From positions 146,761,741 to 146,825,740 of the forward strand of contig CM041465.1 of assembly GCA_023213395.1 (NCBI GenBank): 64,000 nucleotides of DNA. The letters are read 5' to 3'. The first letter of the stretch is position 1; each line of letters starts with the position of its first letter. The stretch is from Cycas panzhihuaensis. Lineage: Eukaryota > Plantae > Cycadophyta. The translations under genes and the position numbers were made by a program. The notes beneath the pieces were generated by a model. That model saw only the letters and a list, made by a program, of their open reading frames with translations. It ran no database searches and was not told where the DNA came from. Shown in pieces: positions 1-14,520 of this stretch.

Positions 1-1004
1 AGCTTACATGATGATCATAATTATGATGTGATGATATAATTATTATACAATTATAGTCATATTATAATACCTAATTCTATTGTACAAATTAGAATAAGCA
101 TAGTGTTAATCAACATTGTATACTATGTTTCTCTTCTTATAAGTATTCATGATTGGGTAGATAAGTGAATGATTTTGCACTCTTGTTATATGTCTATTTG
201 AATAATACTATTCTTAAGTATATGGTTGGTCAACTAAACACCTAATATTTTTTTATACCTAGTCATGAATGGGTCATATGTTGAGTAGTGTTGAGGTTCG
301 ATCCAATCACATATCGGGTCTATTGTAATGGACTAATATTGATCAACAGTATAGTATAGAGTGATTAAAGATGTCTCACTCAATAAAAGGTATAATATAG
401 AAGGAGGAGAACCTAAAGTATATTTATACAAGGAAATAATGGGGAAAAAAAAATTAATCTCAAATTCTTTAAGGTATTTTCTTATACATAAGAGAATTAT
501 GACGGTAGCAACAAGTGCAGAAATAACTTCTAACAACAATAATAATTATATCAACTTTTAGCAATAATAAGTCTATTTTATAGCATTATATATATCAGCA
601 CAAAATAATCCCTAGATTTTATTTTTAGTTAGCCCTAATGAATCATGTATACAAGGGATGTCCTAGCAACTAACAGACTCATGAATCCATTATACATGTG
701 CTCTAATGGATGGTTGTATCTTATATAGACTTCTAGTTAGAAGGATGATGAATTATATACCCAAGGAGCATTTTAATAACTAACAGATGTAGCTGCCAGT
801 TACCCATGTGTTTCAGCTAATGTTCATACCCTCATATAAACTTCATTTTCATTGTAGAAGTATGGAATCATATCCAATATGACCATGGTTTATTTAGTCT
901 TTTATATGATGATGTAATTAGGTCTTTTTAGTGATGTTTGTTAGTTACACCATGATTTTCCTATGGTATAACATACAATATGTATGAGGGCCCCAATGGT
1001 GTAG

Positions 1005-1126
1005 TTGAGTAGATAGATCATTTAGTAGAAAGAGGAAACTCTATAAAATATAGAAATAAGAGATGGGATATTGAGTAGATAGATTACTATAGCAAAAAGA
1101 GGTGACTCCATAAAACATAGAAATAA
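1005..1126. repeat. Diverged direct duplication, period 66 bp
   Basis: TTGAGTAGATAGAT...AGAGG..ACTC.ATAAAA.ATAGAAATAA starts at 1005 and again at 1071. Confidence 0.7.
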
Positions 1127-1430
1127 TAGGGCACGTCAAGGGAGGATAGACAACGTAGGGGAGAAGTACACCATCAAAGGTTTTCTCAACAGATTATGAT
1201 CATGCTTTGACGTTATTATTTCTACCTAAACAAATATAGTAAGACTTTTTGGAAAACAAGGTCACCTATATATTAGAATATTATTGATTTCAAAATTTTA
1301 GGGGGATAAAGGATGAGGAAAAAAATTTAAAATTTTATGGTCTAATGAGGATGCTTGATAATTTTATGTTAGGGGAGATGTGTGTAGAAAAAACTTGAGT
1401 TTAAAAGTATAAATTAAAGGTGTAATAAAA

Positions 1431-1550
1431 AGTGTAACTAGGGACCAATATTACAACCTAAGATATGAATAAGGGCTAAGATTTCAACCTAGAGTACAAT
1501 CAAGGACTAGGATTGCAACTCAAAAGTACAACTAGAACTATGATTATAAT
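1431..1550. repeat. Degenerate ~30-bp minisatellite, about 4 units
   Basis: Head-to-tail units resembling GTACAAYYAGGGACTAGGATTRCAACCTAGA. Confidence 0.6.
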
Positions 1551-1683
1551 TATGATAAATGATATAATTATTGTTATTATTAATAAACAATCATTAGTGA
1601 ATTAGTTAAAAGTTAGTTAGGAATTAGTTGGGAATGGTTAGGAGGAATGACTATAAAATGAGCATCCATGTATATTAAAGGAA

Positions 1684-1732
1684 TGTGTATGTGTGTGTGT
1701 GTGTATGAGAGAGAGAAAGAGAGAGAGAGAGA
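1684..1732. repeat. Compound (TG)n(AG)n microsatellite
   Basis: tgtgtatgtgtgtgtgtgtgtatgagagagagaaagagagagagagaga. Confidence 0.95.
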
Positions 1733-2294
1733 TCATTAGGCTTTTCTTCTTTTCTTCCACTACATTTCTCATTATGATTGGGTTGAGGTCTCTTTAATTA
1801 TTATACTTTGGGCCTACACCTGACCCTTCTTAGGTTAGTGTAGTCCCCTTATTAATAATAAAATAAGATTTTTCTTAATTTCTTGAATAGTATGTTAGTA
1901 TTATAACCATGTGGCATTAGTAAGGTGATTATTATTCTACTTGTGTGTTTCCTTTTTACTTTAATTCTATCTATGGTAAGTAGGGAGCACATAATTAGAA
2001 CTAGGGAATAATCTCATATAAGATTGAAAAAAAAAAACTTTGATTTCTTATTTATCATGAATTTTATTCAATAAAATCATATTATTAAATAGCGCTAAAT
2101 TATCACTAAGTGTAACATCATTTTCCACAATGATATAGGAAAATTATCCTCCATATGACATTTTGGTTCCCCCAAATAGTATCATTACTCCTCCTAATGG
2201 TACCATTATTCTACCTAGTAGTGTTTTATGGAGCACTACTCCTCCTCATAATGGGGGTATTGGTGCTTTAGCCTGAAGGGGAGAAGGGGAGATA

Positions 2295-2685
2295 ACAATA
2301 TATAAGTTTTTAAATTTGAGACATTTATCCATCCAAAAACTCTAATAAACATCGTCTAAAATTAGGAAATTGATTTAGAGCAAAAAAACTCCCAAATCTA
2401 AAACCTTTTATTTTTAGTAAATTGTTAAAGTTCTCCAAATCATAAAAAAATAACCCATAGATAGTTTAAAATATCATGAACTCCATAAAAATGTAAATGA
2501 AATAAAAAACTAGTCTCTTACTTATGAAAATGATGGTAATCATCATTATAAATCATGTCACAATGTGCATTTTTTGAAGAGTTACTATTAAAAAACAGAA
2601 AGGCCCAAATGGACATCTAACTCAAAAGTTATAACCCAGGCAAGTTGACCTTTCAAATTTGGAACTTATAGAAGCTCTTATATCA
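2295..2685 (-). repeat. CRM 3' LTR (left end unresolved)
   Basis: Aligns with 22250-22757; ends TATCA on the plus strand, adjacent to the end of integrase. Confidence 0.7.
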
Positions 2686-2689
2686 TTCT

Positions 2690-5600
2690 TAATTGCTTCA
2701 AAAGAACCTAACCTTTATAAGTTGCTATGTTGAAACTTTGCCACTTACCCATATTGAGTTTCTTTAATTTATTTTTAGAAATTTAAATATTGTCCCCTTA
2801 TTGTAACCCCTTTTATCGAACTAAATACCTATTGTATCTACTTTACTTTATGTACATTATTTTTCTATCTAATACCTACTCAAAATTTTCTTTCTTAGAT
2901 ATTTGTTGTTTCCAATTCACCTCCTATGATTCATCTTCTATTTTATCTTCTCCTTCATGAAATGCATACAAATCAAAAGCATTAAACATAGATAAAATGT
3001 CAAATTTATAGGTCAATTCATCTTATAAGCATTATCATTGATTTTCCTTACAAGTTTGTAGGGACATATCATGTTATATTTAAGCTTGTTATATATAGCT
3101 TGAGGAAATATATCCTTTCTCAAGTATACTATCATGAAATCCCTCTATAAAAATACTTAGTTTCTTCTGCTAAAAAATGTTGTTATCTTATACTTATCAT
3201 TATTGTCCTATAATTTTCCTCTCAGCTCATTGTGCACTTATTTCATGTATTCTACAAAGGCTTTTACATTGTCACTTATCCCATCATCAATAGGTAAGTG
3301 GGCCAAATCTAATACTCCCTTACGATTACTACCAGACATAATCTGAAATGGTGACTTACTTATAGTTCTATTTATAATGTTATTATCAGAAAATTTATCT
3401 TATATTAGTGTCAAATCTTATTACTTATATTTCTCTCTAATAATACTCCTTAATAAATTTCCCAAACTCCCATTTACCACTTCTATCTACCCATTAGTTT
3501 GTGAGTGGTAAGCATTACTAAATTATAACTTTACTCCCAATTTCTTCTATAATATTTTTTAAAAATAACTCAGAAATTTGATATCCCTATCCAAAGTGAT
3601 GGTCTTCAACACCCTATGCAACCTAGTAACCTCCTTGAAAATTAAATCTATTATTTTTTTTATATTATTGATCTTTATACATGTAATAAAATAAGTTATC
3701 TTTAAACATGTATTAATAACAACAAATATAGAACCATTACCTCATTGGGTGTTAGACAACCCTGGCATAAAATCTATGCTCAAATTTATCCATGGTCCCT
3801 TTGAAACTAGTAATGGCATATATAGTCTAGTATTTTATACATGATCTTTAACTACTTAGCAAACCATATACCTTGCCACATATTTTGTAATATCCCATTT
3901 TATCTTTGGCCAGAAGTATTCTAGCCAAAATATCCATATATTTTGGCCAAAGTGTCATCTAAGTTCTCCATTATGTAATTCCCTTATAATGCCATCCCAT
4001 ATGGACCCAACTTAAATGCATGGTTATTTTCCTTTAAATAGATATGCATCTTGCATAAAATAAGCATCATACTCAGATCTACTCTCTTTAACTAAAGGTT
4101 CTTGCAATGTTTCACAACTCTGCTAAAATATGGATTAGTACTATATAAATTTTTTAAAGTATCAAACCAAACTGCTTCACTTACCATAGTAGTTAATGGT
4201 ACTACCTTTCTCCTTAATGCATTAACAACTTGATTTTATTTTTTTGATTTGTGCTTCAATATGAAAGGCAATCCCTATAAATATAATACCCATTTTGCAT
4301 ATTTATCATTCAACATTTTTTTTTAACATTTATATAACTTAATGTTTGATAGTTTGTAAATAGAATTAATTTCTTAGATACAAGATAATACCTACACAAT
4401 AGCATAAACTCTATGTCATAGATGGAATACTTTTTTCTCATCTCATTCAAAAGTGTGTGACATATCACAGTTAGCCCCAAACACTTTCCTAAAATATAGT
4501 AGTACCAACATAGATGCCTCTATTATCTTTTACTTTATCAACTTGAAGTTATGCTTTATTGCCTTATTATAAACAAACTCTTTTCTCTTAGTACAATCTA
4601 TCAAGCGAGCAATGATACCAATAAAATTTTTGATGAACTATCTATAAAATGTAGCTAAACTATAGAAGCTCTTTGTCTCTTTATATTCCTAAGTATTGGT
4701 TGATCATCATCCATACATAACACATCTCGGGATATTACAAATCCAAAAAATACTAAGCTACTATGCATAAACTTGCATTTCTTCAAATTTACATACAACT
4801 TCTCTACTCTTAACATATTTAACACTATCACTGGATGTAATAAGTGTTCCTCCTTAGTTCTACTATATATCAAAATAAACAACTATAAACTTACTAATAT
4901 ATGGTTACTTATGGTGTTTATTAACTTCATGAATGTACTTGGAGTATTTGATATCTTGAATGGCATGACTAGCCATTCACACAGCCCATCCCTTATTTTG
5001 AACATTGTCTTTCATTTGGATCCTTCCCTAATATGAATTCGATAATAACCATTTCTTAAGTTGATTTTGATAAAGTATGATACACCTACCAGCACATCTA
5101 ACAAAACATCCATTCAATGGATTAGAAACTTATATCTAATTATGATTTTATTGATTGTCCTACAATCAACATAAATCCTTTAAGAGCCATCATTATTTGG
5201 AGCTACGAGTGCAAGAGTTGTACATAGGCTCATGCTTTTTCCTACTATCCATTTATTTATTAATTCACTAATATATTAGTTTCATTCTTCATTTTCCTTA
5301 TCACTCAATCTGTATTCAATTTGATTTAGTAATGCAGACCCTGGAATCAAATCAATCTAATGTTAGATGTCTCTCTTTGATGAGAAACCCTCTCATAGCT
5401 TATTAGGCATGATATAATTATATTCTTGTAATATTTAAGCTACCTCTTATGATATCAATACTAATTTATCATCGTTTTCCACCTAATTTGTCACTAAGGC
5501 ATAACAAACCCTTGTCTCCCTTACTTCCCTCATGAATTTCTATGTAGTCAACATAGTCTTTGTCTACTCTTTTTCCTTCATATGTAATAATATGATCTCC

Positions 5601-6490
5601 ACATTATCCTTCCAGAAGATGAGTATTTTTTCTCCCATCATAATAGGCATTTCTATCATACTATCATGGCCTCCCTAATAGTACATGGAATGCATCTATT
5701 GGGAGAATATCATATCATACCTTATCATGCTATGTTTACCCAATAATAAATTTTATTAAACACCTTTTATCTACTACCACCTCACTCTGTTTCTTCATCT
5801 AATACTTTTGTAAAGGGTAGGATGCCTTTTATACTATAATCCTAATTTTTGTACCATCTCAACAAATACCATATTTTTACAAGTTCCACTATTAATAATA
5901 AACTTATAAATCTTATCTCATTATGTGCATCATATCTAAATGATATTGTTACATAGCCATGATTTTTTATTTTATTTTGCTCTCTTTTTCCTACACTTAA
6001 CTTTATTTCAAAGCAATCAATTTTTTTCTTAATATTAGGTTCTCTCTAATGTTTATTGTAATGTTTGTAAGTTATTCCAATTCTCTAGTTTGAGTCAAGT
6101 TCAATCTTAGCTACTTTCCTAGGCTTCTTGGTTAGTCGTGATAAAAAGATATTCATAGACAATAGGGATCCTAAGTGTGTTACCTACTCTATCAAATCTT
6201 ATAGCCCTGTAGCCTTCTTAGAAACCTTGACGTCTTGGGTAGTTTTAGAAATCACTCTACTCTTGTCTCCCTTTAGTTATACTCTACCTCTATATTTAAT
6301 TAGATAATTCTCTATGTAAGTAGTTAAAGCCACCCTTGCCTTTAAATGGAGTTATTAGACCATTCTTTACTATAGATAACTTCCAAGAAAGGTTTCTACT
6401 TTATTTTTTCTTGACTATTAATAAGAATTAATAAGCATATTTAACATCATTAATTCTGAGCATGCTAAGTTCATATTGAATAGAAAATCT
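2690..6490 (-). pseudogene. CRM gag(C-term)-PR-RT-RH-INT pseudogene
   Basis: Motifs as listed for the element; many stops and frameshifts; ORF 4655-4882 (YSRTKEEHLLH..KLYVNLKKCKF) is an RT fragment. Confidence 0.9.
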
Positions 6491-9400
6491 TGTTGGATAT
6501 ATTGAATATTTTGTAAGTGTTATATGGGTATAAGCATTATACTTAATCCCCTTTTATGGAGTTTATGAGCATGTTGTAAGGTCATTGATTAGAGAATCAA
6601 TAAGGGTAGTGGCCCTCTAGGTGGGGGTTTGGTGGTAGAAATCCCTAAAAAAAAATTGAGTGTCTTATGGTGGTCTTTTTTGGCCCATAATTTATGCCCA
6701 TTATATTATAAAATCACAAAGTGGTATCTTATAAAGTTAGATCCATATATTCTTTTATAATGGAACATGTAAAAAGGTTGGATGAGTCTGATGATTTGAT
6801 ATGAAGAAAGTTAAACTTTTTATCCCTATAATTCTTTAATTATTGCTTAGATTAATAAAAGAACTATGCTTAGACTAGAATCTCTTAGTATTTTTTGTTG
6901 TGTACATGGTCTATTTATGTTATTTATTCTTTAAATGATTTAGAGTTCTGTTAATACATTACTTTCATGGTTATATTTTCTCTTCATTTGATATTAGAGG
7001 TTAGGGTTTTAGTTATGTGAGAAGTTATTTAATAAATTAGAGCCTTATCTAGTGAACTTGAGTGTGAAGATCATGACAAGCACTGTGAAGATAGAGATTG
7101 AAAAGTTTAATGGCCAAAACTTTGAGTTATAGAAGCTAAAGATGGAAGATATCCTCCTTAAGAAAGATCAGTGGATTGTTATAATAGAAACAAAGCTTAT
7201 GAATATAGTTATTGAAGATTAGAAAAAAAATGATAAAAGTGTAATCAGTTTAATAAGGTTATGCCTTTTAGATATGGTGTTGCTAAACATTGCCATAGAG
7301 TCTATGGTCAAATATCTATAGAATAAGTTAAGGGCTCTATATAAGACTAAGTCCCTAATTAATAATCTACTTTTTCATAAAAAGTTATATTCACTCAAGA
7401 TGAGTGATGTCGATTGTAGATCATCTCACCACATTTAATACTATTATGGGCTAGCTTATTTTAGTTGGGATAGTAATGTTTGAGGAAGACAAGTATATTA
7501 CCCTATTATGTCCATTTCTTGATTCCTAAGATTATCTTGTAATGATGATTAGCAATACTGATGCTAATACCTTAAAATTTGATGATGTTTTAACCACCCT
7601 AGTATTAGAAGAGATAAGATGAAAATCTTCTGAGAATTATTCGAAAGAAGCATTAGTAGTGAGAGGTAGAATATTAGATCGTGACCAATAAAGGCCTAGG
7701 AATAGATGACCAAAATCTAGACAAAAATCTAAATCTCCAAATAAGGGCCTCTTAGTATGTTGGAGATGTGGGAAGGCTAGTCATTTGAAGAGCTAGTGTC
7801 AAACTAAGGTTAAAAAGAAAAAGTTATTTAAAGTCATTTCTTTCATAGTAGAAAAAACTTCTAATGAAATTAATGATGATATTTATTTGGCAACCTTAAG
7901 TAAGTTGTTAAATGTTGAGTCTTGGTTAATTTGACTCTGGTACCTTGCTTCATATTACTTCCTATAAAGAGTATTTTTGTGAATACAAAAGTATTGATAG
8001 AGGTGAAGTATTCCTTAGGGATCATTACTCGTATAAAAGTATGGGTCGTAGAAGGGTGAAGGTTTAGTTTAAGGATGGAAGGGTTAAAACTTATCATTGA
8101 TATAAGTCATATTCCTAGTTTGGCTATGAGTCTATTATCTATTAGTCAATTAGGTGATGTAGAAATAGAGGTTATTTTTAATAAAGATAATTATAGAATG
8201 GTTTGAGAAGCATTAGTGTTAGTAAGAGAGGTCTAATTTGGAATACTACATAAGCTTAATGCAAGCATTATATGTGTTGGTAGTTATAGTTTGGTTGTTA
8301 CAGAAAGTAGTAATAATATAAGAAAAACCCAAGTATCACTTGATAGTAAAACTATGTTGTGGCATTAGAGATTAGGCCATATTAGAGAGAAAGGCCTCCA
8401 TGATTTATTCTTTAAAGGTATAGCAGAAGACATCTCTATAATTAATGGCTCGTTTGATTTTTGATCTCTATGAGCATTATGTTTATGGCAAATAAAATCA
8501 AATCAAATTTCCTTCAAGCTTGAAGAGAGTAAAGGGTATTCTATAATTAGTGCATGGCGATATTTTTTGATCTATTGATGTACTCTCATTAGATGGCTCC
8601 AAATATTTTATCTCATTCATAGATGATTTCTCGAAAAAGACATGGTTATACTTTCTTAGACAGAAATCTAAGGTCTTTAATAAATTCAAAGAATTTAAGG
8701 CCTTGGTTGAGAATTAGAATGACAAGTGGATCTAAGTAGTGAAGATTGATAATAGAGGTAAGTTTTACTCAAAAGAGTTTGAACAATTCTTAGCAGTATG
8801 GAATAACAAGGCATAAAATAACTCCCTATATGCCACAACAGAATAGGGTTACTAAAATAATAAATATGACTTTACTAAAGATATCAAGGAATATGCTCTA
8901 TGTTACTAATTTAAGAAAGAAATTATAAGCTGAGGATATGATGACTATAAGCTACCTGATAAATAAATCATCAATAATTACCTTAGTATACAAAATATCT
9001 AAAAAAATATAGTTTGGTAAGAAGCCATCTTATAATTTTTTATTGTAAAGATTTTGTACATATTCCTAGCATGTAAAGGTCTAAGCTTGATTTCAAAGCA
9101 CAAAATACTATTTTCAATGGATATGGTGGTGGTGTTAAAGGGTATAAGCTTTATAGCCCTAAAATACAAAAAGTTATATATAGTTATGATATTATCTTTA
9201 AAGAGAAGTTCAAATCTCTAAAGGAGGATGAAGAATCAAAGGAGGAAGACTCTAAGAAGGTATAGTTAGAAGTAAAGGATGAAGATTTAGCATTACAATA
9301 TGAGTCACTTTAAGAAGAAGGACCAATTATAAAGGCAGCCCAACTTTAAGAACTACACATCTTGAGGAGATTAATTCATGAGAAAAGATAACTTAATAGG

Positions 9401-11573
9401 TATATTCTTGAAAACTTTTATCACTTCTCTTTTGTTTTATCTACTATAGATAATAAGGCATGTATTGTTCGGTAGGTTCTAGAATTAAAAGAGAACTAAT
9501 TCTATATGAAAGCCATAGAAGAAGAAATGATAGATTTAGACAAAAATAACAAAGAGAATTTGGTGGATTTATGTAATGATAAAAAATCTGTTGATAGTAA
9601 ATATATCTTCAAGAAGAAGTTTTAGATGGATAGTACTATAGAAAAGTACAAGGCCCACTTGGTAGAAAAGGGTTATTCCTAGGTCAAGGGAATAGATTTT
9701 GGTGAGATATTTTCTCCTATTGCAAAGATAACTTTAATTAAATTTTTGTTGGCTATAGAAACTACTTATGATATTGAGGTGGATTAGATGGATATAAAGA
9801 CTACATTTCTTCATGATGACCTTCAGGAAGAAATTTATATATCGTAACCTAAAAGTTTTGAAGTTGATGAGAAGGATAATATACTGTGCAAGTTGAAGAA
9901 GTTATTATATAGTTTTTAAAAATTACTAAAGATATGGCATCAAAAATTTGATTCATATATGTTAGTGGATGGATTTATGCGTAGCAAAGCAAATCATTAC
10001 ACCTATTATAAATAGGTTGGTAATCACTTTGTTATTCTAGCTTTATATGTTAATGATATACTTTTAGTTGGTAATAGTAAAGAAATGAATCGACTTATAA
10101 AAAGCCAATTGGGATCTCATTTTAAGATGAAGGACCTCGATGATGCATATTTTATTTTAGCCATGGAGATTAAAAAGGATAGAAGAAATACAAAGATTTA
10201 GCTTTGTTAGAGGCAGTATATTGAGGTGATATTATAGTATTTTAGTTTGCATTATGACAAACTAATTAATATTCCTCTTTATATTAGTTTAAAATTATCA
10301 GTTGAATAATTCTCAAACACTTACCAAGAAATTGGAGACATGGCATTTCTCCTTTATATTAGTGTAGTTGGTAATTTGATATATGTGATGATCTGCACTC
10401 AACTAAACATTACCCATACAATGGAAGTAGTTAACAAGTACATATCAAACCTAGGTAGGGAGCATTGAATGATTATGACAAGGATTTCAGGTATCTGTGA
10501 GGTATATTAGACTATGGAATTTATTAATAAGGAGATCTCATAGAGAGTAGAATAGTGAACTTAGAAGGATTTATTAATGTTGATTAGGCTAGAGATCTTG
10601 CTAGTGCAAGATCTACAAGCAGGCATGTTTTTACCCTATGTGGTGGCATAGTCAAATAAATGAGAAAAAAATAACAAGTTGTATCACTTTTTAGCACAAA
10701 AGTAAAGTATATAGCAACTACTCATTTATGCAAAGAAGTGGTTTCATTACAGAGATTGTACACAAATGTCAGATTCAAGTAGGATATTACGAGGATAAAT
10801 TATGATACTCAAAGTATAATCTACTTAGTGAAAAACCCTATATTTCATGCTCAATTGAAGCATATTGATGTGCAGTCCCATTTTGTGAGAGAACTAGTTG
10901 AGTACTGCAAAGTAGACTTATAAAAGATTAATATACAAGAGAATATTATAAACTCATTGACTAAGATTGTTAACATAAAAAAATTTAAATAGTGTAGAAA
11001 GGCAATGGGTGTTTGTAATTTTGGCATTCAGTAGTTATGTATACAGACTTCTTATAAAGCATTCAATGTGTGGGAGATTATTGGATATGTTGAACCCTTT
11101 ACAAGTGTTACATAGATATAGGCATTATACTGGAGCCCTTTTGTGGGGTTTGAAGGTCTTTTGTAAGACCCTCAGTTAGGGGATCTAGGAGGCTAGTGGC
11201 CCCCTAGGTGGGTGTTCTACAATGGGAGCCCTTGAGAAAAAATTTTAAGTATCTTATAAGGATCGTTTTTGGCCCATGATTTATGCCCATTGTATTATAA
11301 AACAACAAGGTGTTATCATGTAAATTATATCTTTATATTCCTCTATAATGGCACATGCAAAAAGGTTGAACGAGACTTTAATGATTTAATAAGAAAAGAG
11401 TTGAGGTTTTCATATTTGTAATTCTTTTGATGTTGCTCAGATTAGTAAAAGGTATATGCTTAGACCAAAATCTCCTAATGTTTATTGCATGTTTAGTTTG
11501 TTTATTTTATTTGTTCTTTGTATGGTTTACAGTTCTGTCAATACATTGCTTCCACAATTATATTTTCTCTTTA
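6491..11573 (+). mobile_element. Full-length degenerate Ty1/copia element (Tork/Tnt1-like) inserted in CRM gag
   Basis: 5' LTR 6491-6986; PBS TGATATTAGAGG 6989-7000; PPT TGGGAGAT 11071-11078; 3' LTR 11079-11573; TSD AATCT/AACTT. LTRs roughly 75-80% identical. Confidence 0.93.
7073..11030 (+). pseudogene. Copia gag-pol pseudogene
   Basis: MTSTVKIEIEKFNGQNFEL*KLKMED; CWRCGKASHLK knuckle; integrase LVHGDIF..FIDDFSKKTW; RT MDIKTTFLHDDLQEEIY and LYVNDIL; RH FHAQLKHIDVQSHFVRE. Confidence 0.9.
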
Positions 11574-12956
11574 AACTTTGGGTTATTTATATATTTAATA
11601 GTTATTTGCTCTTATGTTTCTTCATACTCTATCTTAATAGACAATTTATAAAATTTATTAGTATAAATCTTGGATGTTTATCTTTCTCTACCTCAAATAT
11701 TAAATTTTTTTAACAATGCCTAAAAGTAGTCTACTAGAAGGAATTTCTTCTTGAGCTTCTTTACCATCTTACTCCAAGTTTGAATCTTATTCTTTTTGCT
11801 TCTTATCCTCTTATTCTGTAACTAGTCCCATAATATCATTGCATGACCTTTTAACTCAGTACATGTAAGTTTCATTTTTTTCTCCTCTATCGTTTCTTTC
11901 TATTCAAAGAATTTCTCTATACTATTTAATTAATCAACCAACTTTTTAAGTTTTAAGTTGGCAACATACTCTAGGATATCAAGCTTCTGATAAAATTAGA
12001 ATTAATCTAATAAATAGAAAACGCATGATATGATCTTTATTCTTTATATCCAATAAATATACATTTATTAAATATATTATGAACACATTCAAATGAACAT
12101 AATATGTGAATAGGGATTATATATTGACTTTAACTCAAAATAATAATAGAACAAATTAATTAATAGTTGATACAAAAAAATTGCCAGAGTTTCTTCTCTC
12201 ACCAAATATGCAACCCATGCTAGTTGTTAAGTGTAGACATGGCTTTAGTTTATAGAGAGCTCAATGTCTATCACATTACAAATGGTAGATGTGAATTGGG
12301 TCTTATATGCTCTCACTTCATTAGACCTCATATTACATATATCTCATTGAACAGTTATGAGGTTAAAGTAGGGTGATAATCATCAACTAAAAAGTACAAC
12401 ATTAAGTTATCACTTGAATATATTTACACTTTTACATAAAAATACATAAATGTGTCAATATATTTTAACATCCTCCCTTAATGATAGCTTTATTAATCTT
12501 GATGGTGAGATCACACTAAAACTTTTTAAATTTAGGATTACTAAGTACTTTAGTGAAGATATTTACAACCTAGTTTTTAATCAAATTATACACATGATTA
12601 ATATAATTTATTTTTATAATTAACATATTTATTTTGTAAAGCTAATAATAATTAATTAGCTTATTTCCTGAAGGCAATTTAGTGAGCTTCTAAGTATACA
12701 TATTTTCATCTATAATAGCTTGCCACATTTGGTCTTTAACTACCTTCTCAAAGGTAGAAGGCTCGAGAGCATTGAGAATTTATATCATTAAAGTAAAATT
12801 TGTAGTATACTTGTACTTTTATTACCCTTTTAGTTTCGAGGATATAAAGGTATATATGTTATGACTTACAAGTAATACTATGACAAAGGTGGCAATGTAG
12901 ATGACGATCTATAAGTAGGTGGAGGTGTAAGAAAGGTAGAAGATGAACTTGGATTA

Positions 12957-13370
12957 TATGAAGTTGAAGGAGTAGATGGGTCCATAATTGGTGCAAGAGA
13001 AATTTCAGAAATATCATCATCGTCATCATCTATTAGAAACTGTATATAATATTAATCTAAGTTCTAATTGTCTTCTACAAATATAATAACCCAAAATGAA
13101 TATGTCTATCTTCCAACATGATCATATGCCTTGTAAGCCTTGCAACTAGGTACATAGTCTATGTATGAAGTTGAAGAAGTAGATGGGTCCACAATTGGAG
13201 CAAGAGGGACTTCTGAAACATCAACATCATCATCATCTATCAAAAACTATATTTGAGATTGATCTAAGTCCTTATTACTTTTTACAAATATAACATTCTG
13301 AGATGAATATGTATGTCTTCTAATATGATCATATACCTTGTAAGCCTTGTAACTAAGTACATAGCCTATG
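12957..13370. repeat. 207-bp (69-codon) tandem duplication in Copia integrase C-terminus/linker
   Basis: Copies 12957-13163 and 13164-13370 both begin TATGAAGTTGAAG and end TACATAG.CTATG; about 80% identical. Confidence 0.9.
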
Positions 13371-14520
13371 AAGATATATTTTAAGCTTTTATCATCAAGT
13401 TTCCTTATGTTATCTTTTGCAATGTACATATAGGTCGTACAACTAAATTTTCTAAGGTGTGAGACTATAGGCTTTTGTCTTAACCAAGCCTTCTCGAGTG
13501 TCATATTTTCATGGATGAAGTCAAGCTCTTATTTGTAAGGTCAGAATCAATATAAATAGTTTCAATGCAAAATGAATTAGTAATATGTGTAGCATTCACC
13601 ATTGCTTTTGCCTTGTTCACTAATGTTTGATTTATACATTCAACAATACCATTTTGTTGAGGAGTATGAGGGACTAAGAACTAGTATTTTATGCCATTTC
13701 TTTATAGAAATTGGTAAATTGATTCAATGTATACTCATCTCCATTATCTGTACATAATATCTTATTTGTCATATTAGATTCATTTTCCACTTCAACTTTG
13801 AACTTCTTGAATTTGTCAAATGCATCAAACTTATTATTTAGAAAGTGAACTCAAACTTTTTGAGAATAATCATTAATAAAAGTGATAAAATACAAATTGC
13901 CATTAAGTGAAGGCATTAGCATGGGTTTACAAATGTCTGAGTGAACTAAACTTAATGGTTTAGTTGCATACTAAGTTTGCTTAGATTGAAATTGTTCTCT
14001 GTGTTGCTTACCAATAATGTAGGCTTCATAAAAATATTTATTATGTTTGATCTTGGGTAACTCATATACCATTTGAAGTCTAAACATAAGATTGAGACTG
14101 TATATTTTGATGATTAAGGCATTGATTCCATAGTTGATCCTTGGTACACTTTCTAATAGGTTGCTCCTAACTATGAAAATATTCACCCTATATTTTAATA
14201 GGTGGGTCATCTATAATAATATTTTTTTTTTTATCTATATGAGTAAATAACACAATAATGCATGAGTTCTGATTCTATATAAAGGAAAGTGGAATACCAT
14301 AAAGCTTGTAAAGACCATTGTCTTCATATCATATAGCAATTATTTATCCAATTGAGTGGTGTAAAATAATGTAGGTTCCCTAGCTAAAGAGTATATTAAA
14401 GTTCTGCTAATTAATCTAACTAATAGAGAGCAAATTATATTTCATACTAGAAATATAAAAGATATTGATGATACAATGATTAGTATTTAGATTTTTTAGG
14501 GCTATGAGAGCTTTCCTAAT

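Larger units (their letters stand above)
1381..1909 (+). mobile_element. Probable degenerate LTR
   Basis: Preceded by purine tract AGGGGAGATG (1371-1380); contains a TATA-like CTATAAAA and a microsatellite; ends AACCA, followed by PBS-like TGTGGCATTAG. No partner LTR found. Confidence 0.3.

Noticed and set aside
1-362. Possible LTR end (ATCAACA at 348) with a degenerate PBS
   Set aside because: No partner LTR or coding domain in the window to confirm it.
1431-1550. ~30-bp repeats as a CRISPR array
   Set aside because: Units are contiguous, degenerate and have no spacers; eukaryotic LTR context.
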